Shown here in pieces: positions 1 through 11,854 of a DNA stretch of 64,000 bases (position 1 is its first letter; every line of letters begins with the position of its first letter). The notes under the pieces are model-generated. The model saw only the letters and a list, made by a program, of their open reading frames with translations. It was not told the origin of the DNA and ran no database searches. This DNA is from Mycobacterium sp. (GTDB lineage Bacteria > Actinomycetota > Actinomycetes > Mycobacteriales > Mycobacteriaceae). The position numbers were made by a program, and so were the translations under genes. The stretch lies in contig JAVHWM010000130.1 of NCBI GenBank assembly GCA_032159765.1, positions 12,277 to 76,276 of the forward strand, written 5' to 3'.

Positions 1-39
1 CAATACGACAACCGATATTTACGCGATATATATGTCCGT

Positions 40-1758
<1,719 letters not shown>

Positions 1759-1777
1759 CCGGTAGCCTCTCTAGCTT

Positions 1778-2884
1778 GTGAAGCCACCTCGCGTCCGCGT
1801 CGCCGTGATCTACGGCGGCCGCAGCAGCGAACACGCGATCTCCTGCGTGTCGGCGGGCAGCATCCTGCGCAACCTCGACCCGGAGCGGTTCGATGTGGTC
1901 CCGATAGGCATCACCCCCGAGGGCTCCTGGGTGCTGACCGGCACCGATCCCGAGCGCCTGGCGATCAGGGCCGGGGAGTTGCCCCGCGTGACCGCCACCC
2001 CGGGCATGGAGCTCGCCTTACCGGCCGACCCGCAGCGCCGCGGTGAGCTGATGTTCTTCAGGAGCGGTCTGGCTCATGCGCTGGCGGCAGTCGACGTGGC
2101 TTTTCCGGTGCTGCACGGTCCCTACGGTGAGGACGGCACGATCCAGGGCTTGCTCGAGTTGGCCGGTGTGCCCTACGTCGGGGCGGGTGTGCTGGCAAGT
2201 GCCGCGGGCATGGACAAGGAGTTCACCAAGAAGCTGCTGGTCGCTGACGGATTGCCGGTGGGCGACCACGCGGTGCTGCGACCCGGTCAGGCTTCGCTGA
2301 CCGACGAGGACCGCGACCGCCTCGGGCTGCCGGTGTTCGTCAAGCCCGCTCGGGCAGGGTCGTCGATCGGGGTGAGCCGGGTGGCGACATGGGACGAGCT
2401 GGCCGCCGCGATATCCGAAGCCCGGCGACACGATCCGAAAGTCTTGGTGGAAAAGGCAATCCGCGGGCGCGAGCTGGAATGCGGTGTGCTCGAACTGCCC
2501 GACGGATCGGTGTCTGCGAGCACGGTCGGGGAGATCCGGGTCGATGGGGTGGGCGGTCGCGAGGACGTCTTCTATGACTTCGCCACGAAATACCTCGACG
2601 AGGGAGCCGAACTCGACGTGCCGGCCAAGATCGACGACGAGGTCGCCGACGAGGTTCGCGCACTTGCCATCCGGGCATTTCGGGCCATCGACTGCCAGGG
2701 CTTGGCGCGCGTCGACTTCTTCCTCACCGAGGAGGGTCCGCTGGTCAACGAGATCAACACGATGCCGGGCTTCACGACGATCTCCATGTACCCCCGCATG
2801 TGGGCGGCCAGCGGCGTCGACTACCCCACGCTGGTCAGCGCAATGGTCGAGACCGCGCTGGCTCGCGGAGTGGGTCTGCGCTGA
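1778..2884 (+). CDS. ddl: D-alanine--D-alanine ligase
   Basis: 368-aa [24 protein letters not shown]-terminus, ATP-grasp core, C-terminal [10 protein letters not shown] motif. Confidence 0.95.
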   Translation: MKPPRVRVAVIYGGRSSEHAISCVSAGSILRNLDPERFDVVPIGITPEGSWVLTGTDPERLAIRAGELPRVTATPGMELALPADPQRRGELMFFRSGLAHALAAVDVAFPVLHGPYGEDGTIQGLLELAGVPYVGAGVLASAAGMDKEFTKKLLVADGLPVGDHAVLRPGQASLTDEDRDRLGLPVFVKPARAGSSIGVSRVATWDELAAAISEARRHDPKVLVEKAIRGRELECGVLELPDGSVSASTVGEIRVDGVGGREDVFYDFATKYLDEGAELDVPAKIDDEVADEVRALAIRAFRAIDCQGLARVDFFLTEEGPLVNEINTMPGFTTISMYPRMWAASGVDYPTLVSAMVETALARGVGLR

Positions 2885-2888
2885 GCTC

Positions 2889-3368
2889 CTACCGCGGCGG
2901 TCCGGGGCGGATCGGCACCGCGGGCAGCTTGGCGGCGACGACTTCGGCGATCTGCTGCAGCGGTGTGCCGCCCATGCCTTTCGGCAGCGTCAGCGCGACA
3001 TACACGGGCCGATCCACGGCGAACCAGGTGCTGCGCCCAGTGTTCTGCTCTTCCACCGAAAACCATTGCACGCCGCCGATCTCGCGCAGCGCGGCGCCGA
3101 CAACGAAATCCGCGGGCTGCCCCACGCCGCAGCGCAGAAGAATGGGCTGATCGTCGGGTCCCTTCCGCCAGGCCGCGGTGCCCGGCGGCACCGGGTTTTG
3201 GATCTGTGCCCGCTCGTCATCGCCCAGCTTCTGCGGCAGCCCCGCCATCAGCGCCTCGCATTCGGCGCTGTCGGCCTGGGGAACGGGCACCGCCGGCACC
3301 ACGAGTGGACGCTTCGGTGGCGACTCTGCCCGCTTGTCCAGCCACGCGATCACCAGGACCGCCAGCAC
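2889..3368 (-). CDS. DUF3515 membrane-anchored protein (Rv2980-like)
   Basis: LRCGVGQPADFVVG and WFAVDRPVYVALTLP match the Rv2980 family. The conserved N-terminal segment DGPPRGLLIAAIGVAV continues upstream of GTG 3368 to about 3428 with no ATG/GTG/TTG (see findings). Confidence 0.75.
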   Translation of the reverse strand: MLAVLVIAWLDKRAESPPKRPLVVPAVPVPQADSAECEALMAGLPQKLGDDERAQIQNPVPPGTAAWRKGPDDQPILLRCGVGQPADFVVGAALREIGGVQWFSVEEQNTGRSTWFAVDRPVYVALTLPKGMGGTPLQQIAEVVAAKLPAVPIRPGPPR

Positions 3369-3518
3369 AGCGGATACGGCGACACCGATCGCGGCGATCA
3401 GTAGCCCTCGCGGCGGACCGTCCTTCAGTGCTGTCTCCTAGGCCGTCTCGTCGCAATACACTGGCCGATGCATCCGGCCGGCACAGGTCAAGGTACCGCA
3501 GGCGCATAGGACAGACAG

Positions 3519-4481
3519 GTGGTTGAGGAACCGGCAGTGAACAAGCCAACATTGTCGGATCTGGGGGAGTTCGCCGTTATCGAGCGCATCCTCGCCGGGC
3601 GCCCGAGCGGGGCGCTGGTGGGTCCCGGCGACGACGCAGCCGTTCTGGCGGCACCCGATGGCCGGATCGTCGTGTCGACCGACATGCTCGTCGAATACCG
3701 GCATTTCCGCCTGGATTGGTCGACCCCGCGTGAGGTCGGTCGAAAAGCCATCGCGCAGAATGCCGCCGACATCGAGGCGATGGGAGCTACTGCCATAGGC
3801 TTTCTGGTCGCATTCGGCGCGCCCGCTGACACACCGGTGTCGATGGTCGACGATCTCGCCGACGGCATGTGGGAGGAGGCCGCCAGCGCGGGCGGCGCCG
3901 AGATCGTCGGCGGCGACTTGGTGAGCTGCCCCCAGTGGGTGCTCGGGATCACCGCATTCGGCGATCTGGCGGGACGCGCGCCGATCACCCTCGGTGGTGC
4001 GCGGGCCGGGTCGCAGATCGCAGCATGTGGACAACTCGGACGGTCAGCGGCCGGATATGCCTTGTGGGACAGCAACATCGACGGCTTCGACGAGCTGCGT
4101 GCTTCTCACTTGGTGCCGACGCCGCCGTACGGTCAGGGTGTGGCTGCGGCACATGCGGGCGCCATCGCGATGACCGACGTCTCCGACGGGCTCGTCGCCG
4201 ACCTGCGCCACATCGCCGACGCATCCGGTGTCGGTATCGATGTGTCGACGACGGCGTTGGCCGTCGACCACGACGGCTTGGCGGCCGCGGCTGAGGCGCT
4301 GGGTGTGGACGCCTGGACCTGGGTGCTGGGCGGCGGCGAGGACCACTGTCTGGTCGCGGCGTTCGATGGTCGTGTGCCCGAGGGATGGCGGGTGATCGGC
4401 ACTGTCGTCGGCGGACCGCCGCGGGTGCTCGTCGACGGCGCTGTACCGAAGGGCTCCAGGGGTTGGCAGTCGTTCGACTGA
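3519..4481 (+). CDS. thiL: thiamine-monophosphate kinase
   Basis: LGEFAVIERI, GPGDDAAV, VSTDMLVEYRHFRLDWSTP and AIAQNAADIEAMG motifs. Start could also be GTG 3537. Confidence 0.9.
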   Translation: MVEEPAVNKPTLSDLGEFAVIERILAGRPSGALVGPGDDAAVLAAPDGRIVVSTDMLVEYRHFRLDWSTPREVGRKAIAQNAADIEAMGATAIGFLVAFGAPADTPVSMVDDLADGMWEEAASAGGAEIVGGDLVSCPQWVLGITAFGDLAGRAPITLGGARAGSQIAACGQLGRSAAGYALWDSNIDGFDELRASHLVPTPPYGQGVAAAHAGAIAMTDVSDGLVADLRHIADASGVGIDVSTTALAVDHDGLAAAAEALGVDAWTWVLGGGEDHCLVAAFDGRVPEGWRVIGTVVGGPPRVLVDGAVPKGSRGWQSFD

Positions 4482-4511
4482 CATCATCACTGCTGGCGTA
4501 GGTTGTCGGTC

Positions 4512-5201
4512 GTGACGGCACGCCCGCTAAAGGAACTTGTGGACGACGGCTGGGCACATGCGCTGGAGCCGGTCGCAGACAACGTCACAGCGATGGGGGA
4601 GTTCCTGCGTGCCGAGATCGCAGCGGGGCAACACTATCTCCCTGCGGGCTCGAACGTGCTGCGCGCCTTCACGTTTCCGTTCGAGAACGTACGCGTGCTG
4701 ATCGTCGGCCAGGATCCGTATCCGACGCCGGGACACGCTGTGGGACTGAGCTTTTCGGTAGCGCCCGAGGTGAGACCGTTGCCACGCAGCCTGGACAACA
4801 TTTTCTCCGAGTACGCCTCCGATCTCGGCCATCCCGCACCGGCGACCGGCGATCTGACGCCCTGGGCGCAGCAAGGCGTGATGCTGCTCAACAGGGTGCT
4901 GACGGTACGCCCGGGCAATCCGGCGTCACACCGCGGCAAGGGCTGGGAAGCGGTGACCGAGTGTGCGATACGGGCGCTCGCGGCACGTCAGCAGCCGCTA
5001 GTGGCCATCCTGTGGGGACGCGATGCCGCGACGCTGAAACCAATGCTCACACAAGGAAGTTCGGGTGTGGCGACCATCGAGTCCGTGCACCCGTCTCCGC
5101 TGTCAGCGCAGCGCGGGTTCTTCGGATCCCGGCCGTTCAGCCGTGCCAACGCGTTTCTGGCCGATCAAGGTGCCGACCCGGTGGACTGGCGCTTGCCCTG
5201 A
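4512..5201 (+). CDS. ung: uracil-DNA glycosylase
   Basis: [22 protein letters not shown] catalytic motif and HPSPLSA. GTG 4512 gives the [10 protein letters not shown]-terminus, aligned to Mtb Ung. The track ORF starts at TTG 4503. Confidence 0.93.
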   Translation: MTARPLKELVDDGWAHALEPVADNVTAMGEFLRAEIAAGQHYLPAGSNVLRAFTFPFENVRVLIVGQDPYPTPGHAVGLSFSVAPEVRPLPRSLDNIFSEYASDLGHPAPATGDLTPWAQQGVMLLNRVLTVRPGNPASHRGKGWEAVTECAIRALAARQQPLVAILWGRDAATLKPMLTQGSSGVATIESVHPSPLSAQRGFFGSRPFSRANAFLADQGADPVDWRLP

Positions 5202-5209
5202 GGGGTTTC

Positions 5210-5404
5210 TCAGCCGCGGGCGACCTTGCCCGCCTTCAGGCACGAGGTGCAGACCTTGAGGCGCTGCTTGTTACCGCCGGGCCGGGCTACGGTCCGGACG
5301 GTCTGGATGTTCGGGTCCCAGCGTCGGCTGGTCCGCCGGTGCGAGTGCGACACCGACTTGCCGAAGCCCGGGCGCTTCCCGCAGATATCGCAGACGGCGG
5401 CCAT
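5210..5404 (-). CDS. rpmB: 50S ribosomal protein L28 (Cys-containing form)
   Basis: 64 aa, [29 protein letters not shown] with CxxC...CxxC. Confidence 0.95.
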   Translation of the reverse strand: MAAVCDICGKRPGFGKSVSHSHRRTSRRWDPNIQTVRTVARPGGNKQRLKVCTSCLKAGKVARG

Positions 5405-5584
5405 AGCGAAAACTCCATTCGGATCTATCAGTAGGGGGCCAGCAACCGAAACTCGGGTGACCCGACAACTGAACCAGGATACCGGCCCTGTGGATGAACG
5501 CCAAAATCACCCGCCGGGCGTGACCTCGGCTGTCAGGTCTACTGGCTAGGCTCGCATCGGGTGCGCCGGGCGAGGAGGGGTGCG

Positions 5585-7189
5585 ATGTCGGGTCGGCGGT
5601 TGGATTCCTCCGGCCTGCTGGACTGGGCACACGCCGCGGTCGGCGGCCTGGTAGTGCACGCCGAGGAGATCAACCGGCTGAACGTCTTCCCCGTCGCGGA
5701 CGCCGACACCGGCACAAACATGCTGTTCACGATGCGTGCCGCCCTCACCGAGGGGCAGCAGAGCTCCACGGATTCCCATGATGTGTCGGCGGTGGCGGCG
5801 GCGCTGGCCCGCGGCGCCCTGCACGGCGCCCGTGGCAACTCCGGCGTCATCCTGTCACAGATCCTTCGGGGGCTCGCCGATGCGACGGCCGCCGCCGACG
5901 GCGTGGAAACCCTCGACGCGGCGCTGTTCGCCGAGGTATTGCGCCGCGCGGTCGTCCTGGTCCTGGGCTCTGTGGGTAGGGAGGTGCCTGGCACCATCGT
6001 GTCGGTCTTGCAGGCTGCCGCCGCCGAGGCCGAGCACTGCGCCGCCGACGGCGACACCCTTTCCGGCACGATTCTGGCCGCCGCCGACGCGGCCGTCGTC
6101 GCGCTGGAGAAGACGCCGGACCAACTCGGCGTGCTGGCCGAATCGGGAGTCGTCGACGCTGGCGGACGCGGACTGCTGGTGCTGCTTGACGCGCTGGCCG
6201 CCACGATCACCGGCCACGCCCCTGTGCGCAATGAGTATGTTCCGTCGCCGCCCGCCCACGACACCGTCGAACCGGCCGATGAACGCTCGCCGCACTACGA
6301 GGTGATGTACCAGATCAGCGCCCCCGACGACCAGATCGAAACCCTGCGGACGCGCCTCGGAGAGCTCGGCAACTCGATAACGATCGCCGGCGCCGCCGAC
6401 CGGTACTCGGTGCACGTGCACGCCGACGACGCTGGTGCCGCGGTTGAGGCGGGGTTGAGTGTTGGCACGCCGAGCAACATCCAGATCTCGACACTTCGAG
6501 GCGGCACCGCTCCCGGCCGCTGGACGCGCAGACGGACTGTGCTCGCCGTCATCGACGGCAACGGTGCCGAGCAGCTGTTCGCCGGAGCCGGCGCGCACGT
6601 GCTGCGGTGTGCACCGCCGACCTCGGTCAGCGCCAGGGAGCTGCTGCGCGCTGTCGTCGACACCGGTGCAGGCCAGATCACGGTGCTGCCCAATGGCTTT
6701 GTCGCCGCCGAGGAACTCGCCGCCGGGTGCACGGCGGCTTCCGGCTGGGGGCTCGACGTCATGCCGGTGTTCACCGGGTCGATGGTGCAGGGGCTGGCGG
6801 CGCTGGCCGTCCACGATCCGGCGCGCGCCGCCGTCGACGACGGCTACGCGATGGCGCAGGCCGCGGGGGCCACCCGGCACGGCTCTGTGCGCGTCGCCAC
6901 CGACCAGGCATTGACATGGGCGGGGCAGTGCGAAGCAGGCGACGGCCTCGGCATGGTGGGCGACGAAGTGCTGGTGGTGCACCCCGACCTCGGCACCACC
7001 GGGTGCGGGCTGATCGACCTGCTGCTCAGCGTCGGCGGCGAGATGGTGACCGTGCTGGTCGGTGCCGGTGTCTCCGATGGCATCGCCGAAGAGCTCGAAG
7101 CGCACGTGCACAGGTATCACCCCGGCACCGAGTTGCTGACGTACCAGACCGGCCAGCGCGGCGACGCGCTGCTGATCGGGGTCGAGTAG
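5585..7189 (+). CDS. DAK2 domain-containing protein (YloV/Rv2974c family)
   Basis: NVFPVADADTGTNM Dak2 motif and C-terminal DegV-like region. ATG 5585 is preceded by GAGGAGGGG. The track ORF starts at GTG 5561. Sits upstream of recG as in Gram-positives. Confidence 0.85.
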   Translation: MSGRRLDSSGLLDWAHAAVGGLVVHAEEINRLNVFPVADADTGTNMLFTMRAALTEGQQSSTDSHDVSAVAAALARGALHGARGNSGVILSQILRGLADATAAADGVETLDAALFAEVLRRAVVLVLGSVGREVPGTIVSVLQAAAAEAEHCAADGDTLSGTILAAADAAVVALEKTPDQLGVLAESGVVDAGGRGLLVLLDALAATITGHAPVRNEYVPSPPAHDTVEPADERSPHYEVMYQISAPDDQIETLRTRLGELGNSITIAGAADRYSVHVHADDAGAAVEAGLSVGTPSNIQISTLRGGTAPGRWTRRRTVLAVIDGNGAEQLFAGAGAHVLRCAPPTSVSARELLRAVVDTGAGQITVLPNGFVAAEELAAGCTAASGWGLDVMPVFTGSMVQGLAALAVHDPARAAVDDGYAMAQAAGATRHGSVRVATDQALTWAGQCEAGDGLGMVGDEVLVVHPDLGTTGCGLIDLLLSVGGEMVTVLVGAGVSDGIAEELEAHVHRYHPGTELLTYQTGQRGDALLIGVE

Positions 7190-7192
7190 CCG

Positions 7193-9421
7193 ATGGCCAC
7201 GCTCGCCGACAAGCTCGACCACGTCCTCGGCCGCAGAACGGCGGACAAGCTTCAGGAGCACTTCGGCTTTCGCACTGTCAACGACCTGTTGCGCCACTAC
7301 CCCCGCAAGTACAGCGAGGGCATGACGGTCCGCGGGGACGAGGACCGCACGTTCGAAGAGGGCGAACACGTGACGTTCGTCGACGAGATCACCCTGGCAA
7401 AGGTCGGCAGAATGAAGCCGCGCCCTGGCACCAAGCAGCCCAACCCCGAGTATCTGACGATCACGCTGGGCAGCCACCGCCCGCGAGTGATGGCCACTTT
7501 CTTCAACGCCAACTACCTCAAGAAGTCACTCGTCGAAGGCGCCCGAATCATGCTGTCCGGTGAGGTCGAGTTCAAGGGCGGCATCAAGCTGAGCCACCCG
7601 GCATTTCTCGTCCTGTCATCACCGAAAGGCAAGACGGCGGGCACCCGGTCGCTGAAGGCAATCGCCGAGGCCGCCGGGGCAAGCGGCGAAGCAGAACTCC
7701 TGGCGGCCTTCGAGCGGGACTTCTTCCCCATCTATCCGGCCACCGCCAAGGTACAGAGCTGGGACGTGTATGCGTGTGTGCGCCAAGTGCTCGCCGTGCT
7801 CGACCCGGTCGCTGACCCGTTGCCGGATTCGATTCTGCGACAACGTAATCTGATCTCAGAAGATAAAGCGCTGCGTGCCATTCACCTCGCCGACGACGCA
7901 AGGGAACGTGATGAGGCCCGTGACCGTCTGACGTTCGATGAGGCCGTTGGGCTGCAGTGGGGGCTCGTGACGCGGCGCTACAGCGAGATCGGCGAATCCG
8001 GTCCGCCCGTGCCGCGCCGCGACGACGGTCTGGCCGCTGCCCTGCTGCGCCAACTGCCGTTCGAGCTGACCACGGGCCAGCGCGACGTACTCGACACGCT
8101 GGCAGGCGAACTGGCCCGCAGTCGGCCGATGAACCGGATGCTGCAGGGAGAGGTCGGGTCAGGAAAGACGATTGTGTCGGTGCTCGCGATGCTGCAGATG
8201 GTCGACTCCGGTTACCAGTGTGCGCTGCTCGCGCCGACGGAAGTGCTTGCCGCCCAACACGCCCGGTCCATCCGCGACATCCTGGGCCCCCTCGCGATGG
8301 CGGGTCAGCTCGGCGGTGCGGACTGCGCGACGGGGATTGCGCTGCTGACCGGATCGATGTCGCCGCAACAGAAGCGAGAGGTGCGCGACGACGTCGTTTC
8401 GGGCCGGGCCGGCATCGTCATCGGCACTCATGCCCTGCTGCAGGATGCGGTGGAGTTCCAACGGCTCGGGATGGTCGTCGTCGACGAGCAGCACCGGTTC
8501 GGGGTGGAGCAGCGAGATCGCTTGCGGGCCAAGGCTCCTGACGGCCTGACCCCTCATCTGCTGGTGATGACGGCCACGCCCATCCCGCGCACCGTCGCAC
8601 TTACCGTCTATGGCGACCTGGAAACGTCGACGTTGCGTGAGTTGCCCCGCGGCCGTCAACCCATCACCACGAACACGATCTTCCTCAAGGAGAAGCCGCA
8701 ATGGCTCGACCGTGCCTGGCAGCGGATCACTGAGGAGGTCCAGTCCGGACGCCAGGCCTATGTGGTGGCATCGCGGATCGACGAAGACGAAAAAACAGAC
8801 TCCAAAGAGGGCGGCCCGCCGGCCACCACGGTCGCACAGCTGTATGACCGCCTGCGGAGCGGGCCGCTTTCGGGACTGCGGATCGGCCTGATGCACGGAC
8901 GGCTGCCGCCGGACGAGAAGGACGCGGTGATGGCGGCTTTCCGCGGACGTCAGATCGATGTTCTGGTGTGCACCACGGTGATTGAGGTAGGCGTCGACGT
9001 TCCCAATGCGACGGTGATGTTCGTGATGGACGCCGACAGGTTCGGCATCAGCCAACTGCATCAGCTGCGCGGGCGCATCGGTCGCGGGGAACATCCGAGC
9101 CTGTGTCTGCTGGCGACGAAGCTGCCCGACGGCTCCAACGCCGGAAAGCGGCTGACGGCTGTGGCCGCCACGCTGGACGGTTTCGAGCTCGCCGATCTCG
9201 ACCTGAAGGAGCGTCACGAGGGAGATGTGTTGGGCCTCAGCCAATCTGGCCGCCCCATCACGCTGAGATTCCTATCGCTGTCCGAACACCTGGAAGTCAT
9301 CGAAGCGGCCAAGGAATTCTGCGAGTCGGTCTACCGCCGCGAACCCGGCAACCCGGGAATGGCGCTGCTCGCAGCTCAATTCACCGAGACGGATCGCGTC
9401 GAATACCTGGAAAAGGCATGA
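7193..9421 (+). CDS. recG: ATP-dependent DNA helicase RecG
   Basis: 742 aa. Walker A GEVGSGKT, DEQHRFG box, QLHQLRGRIGRG motif VI. Confidence 0.95.
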   Translation: MATLADKLDHVLGRRTADKLQEHFGFRTVNDLLRHYPRKYSEGMTVRGDEDRTFEEGEHVTFVDEITLAKVGRMKPRPGTKQPNPEYLTITLGSHRPRVMATFFNANYLKKSLVEGARIMLSGEVEFKGGIKLSHPAFLVLSSPKGKTAGTRSLKAIAEAAGASGEAELLAAFERDFFPIYPATAKVQSWDVYACVRQVLAVLDPVADPLPDSILRQRNLISEDKALRAIHLADDARERDEARDRLTFDEAVGLQWGLVTRRYSEIGESGPPVPRRDDGLAAALLRQLPFELTTGQRDVLDTLAGELARSRPMNRMLQGEVGSGKTIVSVLAMLQMVDSGYQCALLAPTEVLAAQHARSIRDILGPLAMAGQLGGADCATGIALLTGSMSPQQKREVRDDVVSGRAGIVIGTHALLQDAVEFQRLGMVVVDEQHRFGVEQRDRLRAKAPDGLTPHLLVMTATPIPRTVALTVYGDLETSTLRELPRGRQPITTNTIFLKEKPQWLDRAWQRITEEVQSGRQAYVVASRIDEDEKTDSKEGGPPATTVAQLYDRLRSGPLSGLRIGLMHGRLPPDEKDAVMAAFRGRQIDVLVCTTVIEVGVDVPNATVMFVMDADRFGISQLHQLRGRIGRGEHPSLCLLATKLPDGSNAGKRLTAVAATLDGFELADLDLKERHEGDVLGLSQSGRPITLRFLSLSEHLEVIEAAKEFCESVYRREPGNPGMALLAAQFTETDRVEYLEKA

Positions 9422-10131
9422 GCCGGCGCACCTGGGTTTGGCTCAGCGCCGCGGTGATGATCGCGCTGCTGGTGGCGTTTCAAGCCGGCATCACCACCTG
9501 GCGTCATCACGCGGAAGCATTCACCGCGGCGGCGGACACCCCCACCGTGGCTCCGGGCGCCGACGTCCTCGCCGGCGTCCCGGTGATCCCGGTGCGCGTG
9601 CGTGGCAACGACTATCACCGAGCAGCGTTCGGCGACAACTGGACCGACGACAACGATGCTCCGCTCGGGCGCAACGGCTGTGACACCCGAAACGACATTC
9701 TGGACCGCGATCTCGTCGACAAGACATTTGTGTCGATCAAGCGGTGCCCGCATGCGGTGGCGACGGGCACGCTGCACGACCCGTACACCAACGCCACGGT
9801 CGCGTTCACGCGCGGGGCGCAGGTCGGCGCGGCGGTGCAGATCGACCACATCGTGCCGCTGGCGCTGGCGTGGGACCTGGGCGCGAGGGGCTGGCCGGAA
9901 GCCTCGCGGGTCCGGTTCGCCAACGATCCGGCGAATCTCCTTGCAGTACAGGGGCAGGCGAACCAGGACAAGGGCGACAAGGAGCCGTCGTTGTGGATGC
10001 CGCCGAACCATGCGTTCTGGTGCCAGTATTCGGTGCAGTTCGCTGAGGTGTTGCGGGGGTACGCACTGCCGATCGACCAGGCGTCGGCCGACGTACTGCA
10101 TCAGGCGGCGAGCACCTGCCCGACGGGTTGA
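9418..10131 (+). CDS. membrane-anchored His-Me finger (DUF1524/HNH-like) protein, Rv2972c-like
   Basis: ATG 9418 overlaps the recG stop (ATGA). N-terminal TM WVWLSAAVMIALLVAF. QIDHIVPLALAW ... NDPANLLAV ... NQDKGDK fits the DUF1524 nuclease motif. The track ORF from 9103 is an in-frame read-through of the recG 3' end. Confidence 0.75.
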   Translation: MSRRTWVWLSAAVMIALLVAFQAGITTWRHHAEAFTAAADTPTVAPGADVLAGVPVIPVRVRGNDYHRAAFGDNWTDDNDAPLGRNGCDTRNDILDRDLVDKTFVSIKRCPHAVATGTLHDPYTNATVAFTRGAQVGAAVQIDHIVPLALAWDLGARGWPEASRVRFANDPANLLAVQGQANQDKGDKEPSLWMPPNHAFWCQYSVQFAEVLRGYALPIDQASADVLHQAASTCPTG

Positions 10132-10143
10132 CCCGCCGGTCTC

Positions 10144-10968
10144 CTAGGTACCGGCGTAGGTCGCCGGGTCCTCACGGAATCGGGTGCCGTCGTTGAGCCC
10201 GTTGATCTGAGCCATCTCGTCGTCGGTCAGCTCGAAGTCGAACACGTCGATGTTTTCCTTGATTCGGTCCGGGTTGCCCGACCGTGGGATCACGACGTTG
10301 CCCAGTTGCAGGCTCCACCTGATGGCCGCCTGAGCAGGTGACTTGCCGTGCGCCTGGCCGACTGACACGAGCGTCGGGTCCTCGATGAGCTTGCCGACGC
10401 CCAGCGGGCTGTACGCCTCCGTGACGATGCCGCGCTCGGCGTCCACGGCCCGAAGCTCGGCCTGGTTCAGCAGCGGATGCAGCTCGATCTGGTTCACCGC
10501 AGGGCTGGTGTAGGTGAGATCGAAGATCGTGGCCAGATGCTCCGGGAGGAAGTTGCACACCCCGATCGTGTGCATCAGCCCTTCCTGCACGAGAATCTGC
10601 ATCGCGCCGTAGGTGTCCATGTACTTGCCGAGTTGTGCTGCGGGCCAATGGATCATGAACATGTCGACGTAGTCGAGGCCCAGACGCTCCAGACTCGCTG
10701 GCAGTGCTTCCTTGGCCGCCTTGTAGCCCTGGTCGGCGTTGGCCAGCTTCGTGGTGACGAACAACTCCTCGCGAGGAATACCCGATGCGGCGATCGCGCG
10801 GCCCACCGCCGCTTCGTTCCCGTACACCGACGCCGTGTCGACCAGCCGGTAGCCGGCCTCCAGCGCCGCGCTGACCGCGCGTTCGGTGTCGTCGTCTGAC
10901 AGCTCAGCAACACCCAGCCCGATGACCGGGATTTCGTTGTCGTCGTTGAGCGTGATGGTCGGCGTCAT
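10144..10968 (-). CDS. aldo/keto reductase
   Basis: 274 aa. [33 protein letters not shown] motifs (Rv2971-like). Confidence 0.9.
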   Translation of the reverse strand: MTPTITLNDDNEIPVIGLGVAELSDDDTERAVSAALEAGYRLVDTASVYGNEAAVGRAIAASGIPREELFVTTKLANADQGYKAAKEALPASLERLGLDYVDMFMIHWPAAQLGKYMDTYGAMQILVQEGLMHTIGVCNFLPEHLATIFDLTYTSPAVNQIELHPLLNQAELRAVDAERGIVTEAYSPLGVGKLIEDPTLVSVGQAHGKSPAQAAIRWSLQLGNVVIPRSGNPDRIKENIDVFDFELTDDEMAQINGLNDGTRFREDPATYAGT

Positions 10969-10969
10969 C

Positions 10970-11806
10970 TCACCTACCCGTGAAGTTGTACGTGCGTGGG
11001 TCGGGGCCTAGGCGGGTGCCGTTATCGAGCGAGGAGATCGACGTGACGTCGTCGTCGCTCAGCTCGAAGTCGAACACGTCGAAGTTGCTCACGATCCGCT
11101 CAGGGTTCACCGACTTGGGGATGACGATGTTACCGACCTGCATATGCCATCGAATAATCACCTGTGCCGGGGTCTTGTCCCGGGCGTCGGCCACCTCGGT
11201 GATCGTCGGATGCTCCAGCAGCCTGCCGCGCCCGAGGGGACTCCACGCCTCGGTGGCAATTCCGAGCTGCGCGTGCACTTCCCGTAGCTCCAGTTGCGTC
11301 AGTAGAGGGTGCAATTCGATCTGATTGACCACCGGGACGACGCCCGTCGCGTCGATCAGCGTGTTCAGGTGCTCGGGCGCGAAGTTCGACACCCCGATCG
11401 AGCGGATGTGTCCGAGATCGTGCAGCGCGCCGAACGCCCGCCACGTATCGACGAACTGGCTGATCGCCGGCACCGGCCAGTGGATCAGGTACAAGTCGAC
11501 GTAGTCGCCGAGCCCGAGCCGCTTGGCGCTCTTCTCGAACGCCTTCATCGTGGTGTCATAACCCTGGTCGGCGTTCCAGAGCTTGGTCACCACGAAGACG
11601 TCCTCGCGCGGGATCCCCGACTTCTTGACAGCGCGGCCCACCTCGCGCTCGTTGTCGTACGCCGCCGCGGTGTCGATGTGGCGATAGCCCGCCTCCAGTG
11701 CGGCTGTGACCGCCTGCTCGGTCGCCTTCGGCGGCGTCTGCCACACGCCAAGACCCACGCTGGGAATGGCACTGCCATCGTTGAGCGGGATCATCGGAGC
11801 CGTCAT
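10970..11806 (-). CDS. aldo/keto reductase (tandem paralog)
   Basis: 278 aa. [32 protein letters not shown]. 1-nt gap to the downstream paralog. Confidence 0.9.
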   Translation of the reverse strand: MTAPMIPLNDGSAIPSVGLGVWQTPPKATEQAVTAALEAGYRHIDTAAAYDNEREVGRAVKKSGIPREDVFVVTKLWNADQGYDTTMKAFEKSAKRLGLGDYVDLYLIHWPVPAISQFVDTWRAFGALHDLGHIRSIGVSNFAPEHLNTLIDATGVVPVVNQIELHPLLTQLELREVHAQLGIATEAWSPLGRGRLLEHPTITEVADARDKTPAQVIIRWHMQVGNIVIPKSVNPERIVSNFDVFDFELSDDDVTSISSLDNGTRLGPDPRTYNFTGR

Positions 11807-11854
11807 GGCGACCAGTCTGCCAGCGGGATCTGGAAGCGATTACGGTCGACAGAC

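Noticed and set aside
1-39. AT-rich stretch (cgatatttacgcgatatatatg) at the window edge
   Set aside because: It is too short and truncated by the window to interpret. It lies downstream of the fbiD stop.
5855-7477. 540-aa minus-strand ORF, plus similar long antisense ORFs at 8159-9244, 14462-15658, 16067-17863, 20676-22607, 33163-33909 and 37359-38858
   Set aside because: Each lies antisense to a gene with unmistakable conserved motifs (DAK2, recG, pyc, GH15, rnc, smc). Their translations are Arg/Gly/Pro/Ala-rich with no domain signatures. This is the expected stop-codon-poor artefact of a roughly 68% GC genome.
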